DNA from: Candidatus Bathyarchaeota archaeon | Lineage (GTDB): Archaea > Thermoproteota > Bathyarchaeia > Bathyarchaeales > DTEX01 | Reading direction: 5' to 3' | NCBI GenBank assembly: GCA_018396635.1 | Contig: JAGTQE010000007.1 | Location: forward strand, 2,747 to 66,746 | DNA length: 64,000 nt | Part shown: piece after piece, positions 28,143 to 36,340 of the stretch | How positions within the stretch are numbered: position 1 is the stretch's first letter | Layout of the letters: every line of letters starts with the position of its first letter | The notes under the pieces: model-generated | The model's database searches: none | What the model was told of the DNA's origin: nothing | What the model saw: only the letters and a program-made list of their open reading frames with translations | Program-made: the position numbers and the translations under genes

Positions 28143-29525
28143 TCACCTAGAGGTCTCATATTTGCCCTGTAACCCCTTCACAACCCATGGCACACCTATT
28201 CTATGAAAGTATAGCCCATAATACGAGGAGAGCGAAGCCGCCACATCCGCCCTACTATCTATCAAATTATTCCTCTCCCTCGGATCCACGGTTAAATTAT
28301 ATAGCTCGTCAGGCTGCCCTTCAGGCCTCTTTATGTAGCTCCACTCCTTGTTCCTTATACATCGGTCGGCTGCTTCATGGTATCCCGCGATAATATGGGT
28401 TCTATGCTCCTCCCTCACGCCATCAATAACCTCTAGAAAGCTCCATCCCTGCATGCATCGGGCTTCAGATACAAGGCCAAGCATCTCTAGGGCCGTTGGG
28501 AGGATATCTGGGAACTGTATGAGCGCATAGAAGTCCCTATGCTTATAGCCTGGCACATGCATGATGAATGGAACTTTTAGGAGCTCACTATACATTCTAT
28601 CCGGCCCCTTAAGGAACTTCCCATGGTCAGCTAGGGGATGGCCGTGATCGGCAACAACAATAATAATTGAATCATCGTAATATCCAAGGTCTTTTAATGC
28701 TTCTAGGAGGAGTCCGAAGCAGTAATCTACGAATGAAGCCTCGCCGGCATACAGCCCCCTAATATAATCTATTTGCTCCCTCGTAGCCCACTTCTCAGCG
28801 TGTCCTCCCATCGGCAGTATAAGCCTAGGCCCCTCATAGGATGGGTCAGTGTAGGTGTCAAACCTTGGGGGCGGATCCCAAGGCTCATGTGGATCGAAGC
28901 AGTCAACCCAGAGGAATATTCGCTTATGTACCCGGTTATCCTTCAGCCACTTAATTGCTTCATTGAAAACTTTTGCTGGAAAATAGTCCTCCTCCGACTT
29001 GAAGTCATCAGTGTTCGCTAGGAATTTGGCTACGAGACCTCTCCAATTCTCCGGGTAATTCTCGTTTACGTAGTCCTCTACCCTCCTCTTTGGCGGAGAA
29101 GAGACGTATGCATCATACTCCTGCCCCCTAATCCACCTAAAGCAGTGGAAGCTCCTATGAAAATTCATGTCTGGCCTGAATAGGTGATAGGTGTCAGATA
29201 TAAGCCCACATATGAACCCACGCCTAGAGAGTATGTCGGCCGCAGTTATATCCTTTGGATATGGGTGGAGAGGCTGCCAAGGTCTATAGGGCAGGGAGAA
29301 CATGCCAGTCAAAATCTCATATCTGACTGGTATAGTTGGTAGACCCGAGGGGTAAACGTTATGGAAGACGAGGCTATCCTTAGCGAAAGAGTCTAAGTTA
29401 GGGGTTTTACATGCCGGAATATTCTCAAAAACCCTCTCCCCCTTATTATAGTAGCTTATGTGATCCTGCCTGAAGCTATCTAGAACAATCAATATTAAGT
29501 TTTTAATCTCGCCCAAAGACCTCAC
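28143..29525 (-). CDS. sulfatase-fold (alkaline phosphatase superfamily, PF00884-like) hydrolase with Thr at the nucleophile position
   Basis: 460 aa. LIVLDSFRQD, KTPNLDSF, VADHGH. The C/S-x-P-x-R formylglycine motif is replaced by T-I-P-V-R (GLPTIPVRYEILTG). No signal peptide. Confidence 0.8.
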   Translation of the reverse strand: MRSLGEIKNLILIVLDSFRQDHISYYNKGERVFENIPACKTPNLDSFAKDSLVFHNVYPSGLPTIPVRYEILTGMFSLPYRPWQPLHPYPKDITAADILSRRGFICGLISDTYHLFRPDMNFHRSFHCFRWIRGQEYDAYVSSPPKRRVEDYVNENYPENWRGLVAKFLANTDDFKSEEDYFPAKVFNEAIKWLKDNRVHKRIFLWVDCFDPHEPWDPPPRFDTYTDPSYEGPRLILPMGGHAEKWATREQIDYIRGLYAGEASFVDYCFGLLLEALKDLGYYDDSIIIVVADHGHPLADHGKFLKGPDRMYSELLKVPFIMHVPGYKHRDFYALIQFPDILPTALEMLGLVSEARCMQGWSFLEVIDGVREEHRTHIIAGYHEAADRCIRNKEWSYIKRPEGQPDELYNLTVDPRERNNLIDSRADVAASLSSYYGLYFHRIGVPWVVKGLQGKYETSR

Positions 29526-29601
29526 CTCTAGATTTGATGGGGGTTCTCTAACCCCCTACATCCTATCCGTTAATATGCATAGACGCTTATAATACTTAGT
29601 T

Positions 29602-30024
29602 TTATTCGGCGTAATTAGACGCCTTTATCCTCTCTAAATCCAGCTTTATGAGCCCAAGGTTCTTAATTAGGCCCCTTAAACCCTCATAGTCAATAACTTT
29701 AAAGAGATGGCTTTTGCACCTGCAATCTGAAGAGCCAAAGCCGTCAACTGGTTCGCCGACTCCCTTAATAAACCAAGCTATTTTACACTCGTCTCCCTTC
29801 GGCGCATCTTTGAAGTGAACTTCAAGAACCCTAACGTGCCCATCGCTCAGCAGATAGTCTATGTGCCAAAAGAGAGACTTATGCCTTCTAAGGTGCCTAG
29901 CAACTCTCCTCTCCACATTATTTTGGGCTGAGCCAACATAGGCGTAAAGCCCACGATCAAACCTTAAATTGCCAAGTGAACCAACATTTATGGAGATAGC
30001 TTCTTCAACGTAGATTAGCAGCAA
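29602..30024 (-). CDS. DUF123 / GIY-YIG superfamily protein
   Basis: 140 aa. YAYVGSA...RVARHLR..K..FWHIDYLL is typical of DUF123. The start is uncertain (see findings). Confidence 0.7.
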   Translation of the reverse strand: MLLIYVEEAISINVGSLGNLRFDRGLYAYVGSAQNNVERRVARHLRRHKSLFWHIDYLLSDGHVRVLEVHFKDAPKGDECKIAWFIKGVGEPVDGFGSSDCRCKSHLFKVIDYEGLRGLIKNLGLIKLDLERIKASNYAE

Positions 30025-30184
30025 ATATATGCCCTTCGTTTATGGGTCACCCCAGCATCCCTAAATTTAAGGGTCACTTAATGTAGATAAAGTATTACTA
30101 TGTAAAAAAGTTGGGGTTCCACAGAACCCCTCATCATTTCTAGTGTGTGCTTCAAAAATGTCTTCGCAGAGTGTTCTCTCTGCC

Positions 30185-32065
30185 CTACTCCAGGGAGACT
30201 TCAGCTATCTCGCTGAGATCGACGAGGCTGTTCGCCTTTATCTTCCCATCACTTATGGTATAAAGTACATCATCTATATACAATGCTCTTCTAACCTCGT
30301 AGCATGACAAAATTTCACTACCTGCCATATGGCTTATCCTACCCCTCAACACTAAACCTTCCTCCGGCGAAACATGGAATACATAGGCTCCCTGAAATAC
30401 TGGCCTACCGTAAGCCCAGGGAGGTCTCCCTCTCCCTTCGGGGTAATCTTCATCGGGTATCCTCGCTTCCAGGATAGGGATCACGAGAAGCCCTCTCCCT
30501 CTATTGAAGAGTAGGGCGTGATGATCTCTTAAAACTGGGGAATCCGTACCCCTATCGCCTATAATTATCTTGGCAACCTCCCTCGGTTTCTCAACCTCAG
30601 AGATGTTAAAGAGCGATATTTTTAGACCTTGATACCAGGCGAAGTCGCCCTCCTCAGCCGGAACAGCCTCCTTCCCTATCCCTATCAAGTAGTTTTCATC
30701 GTATGGATGGAGATAATCACTGTATCCCGGTATTTTAAGTGCGCCTAGAACCCTCGGGTTTGCTGGATCCGATAAATCTATTGTAAATAATGGGTCAACC
30801 TTCTTGAATGTCACGAGGTAGCATCTATTGCCCATGAAGCGCGCTGCATAGATCTGCTCTCCAGGAGCTAACCCCTCGATCCCCCCAATAAGCCTTAGAC
30901 TTTTCGCGTCTAAAACATATACATTGTTTTGGGATGTAAAGCTGCCAGTACGATAATCGTAAAAGATTAAGGTTGTAGCCACCCTAAAGCATCCATTATA
31001 CTCGTCCATAGAGAATTGGTTTAACACCATGCCTGAAACTTTACCGCTCGCCTCACACTCGATCCTCAATCCATCCACGGCGAATCTATAGATCTCTGTT
31101 TCGCTCCAGCCTCCCAGAAATCTATCTAATACTGGGAAAGCCGCATAGAGGTTGCTCCTAGACATATATACGCATGAGGCATATCCCGTTAGAATGGACT
31201 TCAGGGTTAATCGGCTAGCATTTAAGATATCTAAGGACGCTATAAGCGTGTAGCTTGACGGCAGCTCCACGGAGTCTGAGTAGTATATGTCGGATGGAGA
31301 TATCTCCCTCCAAACGCCATCAGCAGACCATCTTGGAAGTATTGTTAGATTCTCGGCCAAAGATATAGCTGGATATGTTAGGACAAGATAAACATAGTCG
31401 CCCACCATTCTTGAGGATACATAACTACCCTCAAAGATGACCTCGCCGACATTAACTGGTTTCTCAGGCGTGGATACATCAAAGATCTTAACAATCACCC
31501 TAAACGGGAAGTAGGGTTTAGGCTGTAGCGTAGTATTCCTCTTCTCTTCCTCAGGAAGCATATTAACCCAAACAAATTCATTAACGAGAACTATGAGCCT
31601 CTCTCCGCCTATAAATAGGCCGATGATCCCCCCGCCAACATCGATCTTTGAGAGAACCCTCATATCCTCGGGCGGATAAGCCTTAACTATGCTTATTGTC
31701 CCACCTGATGAGGCTGCGTAAATTATTCGGCCATCGGTCTTAACTATATCGGCTTCATCAACCCCCTCAACTTGTATATTTGTTGTCGAGTAATCAGTAG
31801 CCTTGGGAGTGGAAACTGATTCAGCAAATATACCTACAGTTGTCCTAACAAAGGGGCCCGCAAACTTCGCTAGAAGGGGATCATTCTCCGTGGCTTTAAT
31901 TTTCGCAGTGATGAAGCTGGCGATCTCAGCCTTCGAGCTGAAGGTTTTCAGATTACCCACCCTCTCGCTGCCCATCTGAAAGATCACGATTGCCGCCCAT
32001 GCTGCGGCTACGACTACTAAAGCCAGCAGTATTGCAGCCAAGTATTTATCGATCTTCAATCTCAA
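30185..32065 (-). CDS. membrane-anchored/secreted beta-propeller domain protein (PF09826-like)
   Basis: 626 aa with an N-terminal TM helix. YAARFMGNRCYLVTFKKVDPLFTIDLSDPANPRVLGALKIPGYSDYLHPYDENYLIGIG is the hallmark of this family. Confidence 0.8.
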   Translation of the reverse strand: MRLKIDKYLAAILLALVVVAAAWAAIVIFQMGSERVGNLKTFSSKAEIASFITAKIKATENDPLLAKFAGPFVRTTVGIFAESVSTPKATDYSTTNIQVEGVDEADIVKTDGRIIYAASSGGTISIVKAYPPEDMRVLSKIDVGGGIIGLFIGGERLIVLVNEFVWVNMLPEEEKRNTTLQPKPYFPFRVIVKIFDVSTPEKPVNVGEVIFEGSYVSSRMVGDYVYLVLTYPAISLAENLTILPRWSADGVWREISPSDIYYSDSVELPSSYTLIASLDILNASRLTLKSILTGYASCVYMSRSNLYAAFPVLDRFLGGWSETEIYRFAVDGLRIECEASGKVSGMVLNQFSMDEYNGCFRVATTLIFYDYRTGSFTSQNNVYVLDAKSLRLIGGIEGLAPGEQIYAARFMGNRCYLVTFKKVDPLFTIDLSDPANPRVLGALKIPGYSDYLHPYDENYLIGIGKEAVPAEEGDFAWYQGLKISLFNISEVEKPREVAKIIIGDRGTDSPVLRDHHALLFNRGRGLLVIPILEARIPDEDYPEGRGRPPWAYGRPVFQGAYVFHVSPEEGLVLRGRISHMAGSEILSCYEVRRALYIDDVLYTISDGKIKANSLVDLSEIAEVSLE

Positions 32066-32119
32066 TCACCATAAGAATATTTGGGAGTTGCTGCTCATTA
32101 TCCTATGCTTTAGTACAGC

Positions 32120-32138
32120 TGTTCAATTATGCTGAACA
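32120..32138. promoter_or_regulatory. inverted repeat TGTTCA-n7-TGAACA in a divergent promoter region
   Basis: Read directly. It sits between the beta-propeller gene (start 32065, minus) and the wHTH gene (start 32183, plus). Confidence 0.3.
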
Positions 32139-32182
32139 ATATTAAACCTTAAAATCATTCGCCAACTAAATTATTCTGTGTT

Positions 32183-32644
32183 GTGAAACACTATATGAAG
32201 GAGAAGGAGCCTGATTTAGAGTCGAGCCTCAGAGGTAAGACCTTAAAGGTCTATATGTACCTGTTAGAGAGGTCTGGTTCTAAAGTGGGCGTCAGAGAGG
32301 TTCAGAGAAAACTGAAGTTTTCTAGTCCAAGCCTAGCAGCATACCACCTCGATAAGCTTGTTTCTCTTGGTCTAGCGGGTAAAACAGCCGCCGGTGAATA
32401 CTTCCTAGCTCAAGAGGTTAAGGTTGGAGTTCTAAAGTTCTTCGTTAAATTAGGCAGGTATATGATACCCAGGTTCATGTTCTACGCTGTGTGGATGACA
32501 AGCATGCTTATAACATATATAATACTTTACGAGCATACATGGAGTGTCCACAATGTTGTGGCTTTGATTTTCGGTCTATTAGCTTCAATAATTCTATGGG
32601 CTGAGACAATTAAACTGATAATGGAGACCCGTTCAAAAACATAG
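32183..32644 (+). CDS. winged-helix DNA-binding protein with C-terminal transmembrane helices
   Basis: 153 aa. LKVYMYLLERSGSKVGVREVQRKLKFSSPSLAAYHLDKLVSLGL is a wHTH, followed by two hydrophobic helices. The start may be the ATG at 32195. Confidence 0.65.
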   Translation: MKHYMKEKEPDLESSLRGKTLKVYMYLLERSGSKVGVREVQRKLKFSSPSLAAYHLDKLVSLGLAGKTAAGEYFLAQEVKVGVLKFFVKLGRYMIPRFMFYAVWMTSMLITYIILYEHTWSVHNVVALIFGLLASIILWAETIKLIMETRSKT

Positions 32645-32690
32645 AATAATTAAGTGGAGCCCGAATAAAATAATTTGTGAGATGAGATGA

Positions 32691-32975
32691 ATGATGAGAA
32701 AAATACTCTCCAGCGCAATAATCGCAATAATTCTCGGCGTAGTCATGATGCTAATACCATTAACCCTCCCCTATGCGGATATAAGGGCATCTGGTGAGAT
32801 AAGACCCAAAGCATCTAAAAATGCGACGCTTGTGGAGAGAAGCGATAGTGCCGAAACGACATACGGAGCTCTGGCCGCAGAGACCAACTGGTTTAACATT
32901 GCGCTAACGATCTCCTTAGGGGCGATATCTGCGGCAGCTGCCTCTTTAACGATCAAGAGAAAATTAAGGGTTTAA
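32691..32975 (+). CDS. small membrane protein
   Basis: 94 aa with N- and C-terminal hydrophobic helices. It lies 46 nt downstream of the wHTH gene. Confidence 0.5.
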   Translation: MMRKILSSAIIAIILGVVMMLIPLTLPYADIRASGEIRPKASKNATLVERSDSAETTYGALAAETNWFNIALTISLGAISAAAASLTIKRKLRV

Positions 32976-33030
32976 AGATAGATTGTGTGACGTTCTCCTG
33001 AATCTGACCCAGTTATTTCAGACACGGCTC

Positions 33031-33051
33031 TGCGGATCATATCCGCATTTT
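33031..33051 (+). terminator. hairpin (tgcggat-cat-atccgca) followed by TTTT
   Basis: Perfect 7-bp stem with an oligo-T tract, about 55 nt after the stop at 32975. Confidence 0.3.
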
Positions 33052-33223
33052 GATCGCTAAATCCCGATAAATCGAAGTTTAAAGCGCTAATTAGATCTCC
33101 CCCGAAAACTATAGTTGGCGATAGTTGAACTGAACAATTATCAATTTTCCGTTTATTTTATTAGGACAAGCAAAAAAGCAAATGTATGAAGGGTAAAGTG
33201 GTCATCACATAGGTGATTTTAAT

Positions 33224-34039
33224 ATGCGGATCCTTTTCGCTGGGACGGGAGCCGCTGAGGGTTGGCCAGCCTTATTCTGCGAGTGCGATGTATGCATGAA
33301 GGCTAGAGCTTTAAGAGGTAAAAACATAAGAACAAGAAGCTCCATCCACATTGATGAGGAGTTAAAAGTCGATTGGCCTCCGGACACATATTTACATGTT
33401 TTACAATATAACCTTAATCTTGCGAAAATTAAATATCTTTTCATAACTCATAGCCACTATGATCATCTTCACCCAGATGATCTGCTTATGAGACAGGCGC
33501 CCTTTGCCCACATGCGATCTTCAAATCCCCTAAATATATATGGCAGCCAAGATGTGATAAACTGCATCCTTAAAGCCGTAGGCGAACCGTCAAAAATAGG
33601 CTTAATTCTTAAGGTTTTAGAGCCTTTTGAGACCATAAAAGCAGGAAGTTTTAGAATTATGTCTCTTCCAGCTAATCATGACCCTAAACAAACATGTCTC
33701 CTTTATCTTCTCGAATCCAAGGGTAACGTAATATTGTATGGTCATGATTCAGGCTGGTTTCCAGAGGAAATATGGAGAAGACTGGAAAGTTGGAGGCTGG
33801 ACCTAGTAATCTTAGACTGCACAACCGGAGCCTTTTCTTCAAGAGGATATCATATGGGCTTAAAGGAAGTAATAGAAATGAGGAGGCAGATGCTTTCAAA
33901 AAACATGGCTGACAAAGACACGATCTTTGTAGCCACCCACTTCTCCCATAACGGCCTTCTTTTACATGAAGAGTTATCCTCCAAACTTATTTCAGAGGGT
34001 ATAGAGGCTGCGTATGATGGACTAACAATTGAACTTTAA
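33224..34039 (+). CDS. MBL-fold metallo-hydrolase (PhnP-like)
   Basis: 271 aa. ITHSHYDHL (HxHxDH) and downstream His/Asp ligands. Confidence 0.8.
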   Translation: MRILFAGTGAAEGWPALFCECDVCMKARALRGKNIRTRSSIHIDEELKVDWPPDTYLHVLQYNLNLAKIKYLFITHSHYDHLHPDDLLMRQAPFAHMRSSNPLNIYGSQDVINCILKAVGEPSKIGLILKVLEPFETIKAGSFRIMSLPANHDPKQTCLLYLLESKGNVILYGHDSGWFPEEIWRRLESWRLDLVILDCTTGAFSSRGYHMGLKEVIEMRRQMLSKNMADKDTIFVATHFSHNGLLLHEELSSKLISEGIEAAYDGLTIEL

Positions 34040-34202
34040 CTTTAAAAACCTTACACTACACTCTTAAGTAAATGAAAGGCTCGCTAGATAAAAGAAACTA
34101 GAGCCTTATATTGAGGTGAGAACCTTGGCATTACACATAACCCTGAACCGCTGCTTGAGAAGATCTCAGCAGAATGGTTTTTCAGGAAAGCAGCAATTTT
34201 CT

Positions 34203-34278
34203 TGGAGCCCCGGGCGGGATTCGAACCCGCGACCCGCGGCTTACAAGGCCGCTGCTCTAACCGCTAAGCCACCGGGGC
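34203..34278 (-). tRNA. tRNA-Thr (anticodon UGU), CCA encoded
   Basis: Hand-folded cloverleaf. Acceptor GCCCCGG/CCGGGGC, D stem GCUU/GAGC, anticodon stem GCGGC/GCCGC with loop CUUGUAA, T arm GCGGG-UUCGAAU-CCCGC, discriminator U and CCA. Confidence 0.92.
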
Positions 34279-34304
34279 TATCTAAGGATTGATCTGGTTG
34301 AGCA

Positions 34305-34321
34305 TTTTATTAATTTTACTT
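34305..34321 (-). promoter_or_regulatory. candidate BRE/TATA (gtaaaaTTAATAAAA) for tRNA-Thr
   Basis: The TATA-like box lies about 28-35 nt upstream of the mature tRNA 5' end. This fits an archaeal promoter with a very short leader. Confidence 0.3.
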
Positions 34322-34400
34322 TTGCGATAAGCAAATTTATTTCTTATGTAAGAGTTTTTTAAAGGATGTTTAGGAGGAGAGGTTTATTCGGATAGCTGTT

Positions 34401-36164
34401 GTGGATGCCGATAAATGTAAGCCTGAAAAGTGTGATAGGGCATGTTATCGATTTTGTCCCCAGGTTAGGAGTAAGGTTGAAGCTATAAGGTTTGAGGGTG
34501 GCAGACCTATTATTTCAGAGGTTCTATGTAGCGGTTGTGGTATATGCGTTAAGAAGTGTCCGTTTAAGGCGATATCAATAGTTAATGTTCCAGAGGAGCT
34601 TAAGGGACAGTGTGTACATAGGTTTGGGCCAAACGCTTTTAAGCTCTTCCGCCTACCTGTCCCATCCCCCGGCATGGTTTTAGGTTTAGTTGGACAGAAT
34701 GGCATTGGGAAGTCCACAGCCATAAAAATACTCTCTGGAGAGATAAAACCTAACCTTGAGCGTTACGATTGCCCACCAGACTGGCCTGAAATCATACAAT
34801 ATTTTAGAGGCTCAACTCTTCAAGCATACTTCCAGAAGCTGAGCGAGAAAAAGCTTAGGGTCGTCCATAAGCCACAGTATGTTGATAAAATCCCGCGTGT
34901 TGTGAGGGGTAAGGTTGGCGAGGTTCTTGAACGCGTTGACGAGAAAGGAAGGCTGAACTATGTTGTTGAGAAGCTTCAGCTCAAGACAGTTTTGGATAGA
35001 CCATTAGATGTTTTGAGCGGCGGCGAGCTTCAGAGGGTTGCTATAGCGGCAGCGGTTTGCCGTGAGGCGGATGTATACCTCTTCGATGAACCATCCAGCT
35101 ACTTGGATGTTAAGCAGAGGCTTGAGGCGGCTAAAGTTATAAGGGGCCTTAAGGAGGAGAATAAGATTATTGTTGTTGCCGAGCACGATCTTGCGGTGCT
35201 AGATTATCTTTCGGATCAAGTATGCGTCTTCTATGGTAAGCCGGGAGTATATGGGATAGTGTCCAACGTTCACGGCGTTAGGGTTGGAATAAACATATAT
35301 CTAGATGGCTTCATCCCAGATGAGAATATGCGCTTCAGGAAGGAGCCAATAGTATTTCATGTTAAGCCACCCATATCTAACCCATTAACCGATGTTCCAG
35401 TTTTAAGATGGCCTGAAATGAGCAAGAGTTATGGCGGCTTCACGCTGAAGATTGAGCCTGGGGAGATTAAGCTTGGCGAGGTTGTGGGCATACTTGGCCC
35501 GAACGGGATTGGTAAGACTACGTTTATTAAAATATTGGCTGGCATAGAGAAGCCAGATCAAGGATCTTCCCCCACGGAGGATAGGCTTAGAGTCAGCTAT
35601 AAGCCCCAATACATATCCACGGATTATGAGGGGACGGTTGAAGAGCTCCTTAGGCAGATCGCTAAGGAGAAGTTTACCTCAAGCTGGTATCAGACTGAGA
35701 TAATTAATCCCCTCAATCTTGGCCCGCTGTTTGATAGGGATGTTAAGAGTTTAAGTGGCGGTGAACTCCAGAAGGTTGCTATAGCCGCATGCTTGTCGCG
35801 CGAAGCCGAGCTATATCTTCTGGATGAGCCAAGTGCATATTTAGATGTTGAAGAGAGACTAGCTATGGCGAGGATTATACGTAGGGTTGTTGAGGACAGA
35901 TGCGTAACAGCCTTCGTTGTTGAACATGATATTATTGCCCAAGACTTTATAGCGGATAGGCTTATGATATTTACTGGAACCCCTGGCATATATGGTGTGG
36001 CGAAATCTCCAACAACCCTACTTGACGGAATGAATATGTTCCTTAAGGAGATGGGCATAACATTTAGGAGGGATCCTGACACAAAGAGACCTAGGGTGAA
36101 TAAGGAGGATTCGAGACTAGATAGGCTCCAGAAGAGTATTGGACAATATTACTATGTAGAGTAG
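34401..36164 (+). CDS. ABCE1 (RNase L inhibitor-type ribosome recycling ATPase)
   Basis: 587 aa. N-terminal 2x[4Fe-4S] domain (CKPEKC...CPQ, CSGCGICVKKCP) and two ABC cassettes (GQNGIGKST, LSGGELQRV; GPNGIGKTT, LSGGELQKV). Homology extends upstream to an ATT at 34386 (see findings). Confidence 0.92.
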   Translation: MDADKCKPEKCDRACYRFCPQVRSKVEAIRFEGGRPIISEVLCSGCGICVKKCPFKAISIVNVPEELKGQCVHRFGPNAFKLFRLPVPSPGMVLGLVGQNGIGKSTAIKILSGEIKPNLERYDCPPDWPEIIQYFRGSTLQAYFQKLSEKKLRVVHKPQYVDKIPRVVRGKVGEVLERVDEKGRLNYVVEKLQLKTVLDRPLDVLSGGELQRVAIAAAVCREADVYLFDEPSSYLDVKQRLEAAKVIRGLKEENKIIVVAEHDLAVLDYLSDQVCVFYGKPGVYGIVSNVHGVRVGINIYLDGFIPDENMRFRKEPIVFHVKPPISNPLTDVPVLRWPEMSKSYGGFTLKIEPGEIKLGEVVGILGPNGIGKTTFIKILAGIEKPDQGSSPTEDRLRVSYKPQYISTDYEGTVEELLRQIAKEKFTSSWYQTEIINPLNLGPLFDRDVKSLSGGELQKVAIAACLSREAELYLLDEPSAYLDVEERLAMARIIRRVVEDRCVTAFVVEHDIIAQDFIADRLMIFTGTPGIYGVAKSPTTLLDGMNMFLKEMGITFRRDPDTKRPRVNKEDSRLDRLQKSIGQYYYVE

Positions 36165-36280
36165 CTAGCCTATGTTTTATTGACCAACTAGGCTGGACGT
36201 TAAGAGCTATTAATTCGCAATTATAGGGAAACCTTTATTAGTATAAGGATCCCTTAAAATTAACTTAACGGCGGGTGAGT

Positions 36281-36330
36281 GGGGCCCACCTCCACCCGTT
36301 CCGCCATATAAACCCCGGTGTAGGAGGTGG
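36281..36330 (+). promoter_or_regulatory. candidate SD-sequestering leader structure upstream of the QueT-like gene
   Basis: CCACCUCC (36286-36293) is perfectly complementary to GGAGGUGG (36323-36330). GGGG (36281-36284) can pair with CCCC (36313-36316), giving a pseudoknot topology. Confidence 0.25.
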
Positions 36331-36340
36331 AATACTGAAA

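Noticed and set aside
30043-30060. Looked for an upstream in-frame ATG that would make the TAA at 30042-30040 an internal stop in the DUF123 gene.
   Set aside because: The nearby ATG (in GGATGCTGGGGTGA on the minus strand) is in a different frame and terminates after three codons.
33205-33444. 79-aa minus-strand ORF overlapping the start of the MBL hydrolase gene. The 63-aa plus-strand ORF at 49763-49954, overlapping the M20 gene end, is a similar case.
   Set aside because: Both overlap confidently called genes and show no motifs or ribosome-binding context.
36275-36340. The N-terminal 22 codons of the ORF-track QueT ORF (MSGAHLHPFRHINPGVGGGILK).
   Set aside because: This extension is not hydrophobic, lies outside the region of QueT similarity, and coincides with the anti-SD/SD pairing. 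I interpret it as a leader, although the GTG start cannot be excluded.
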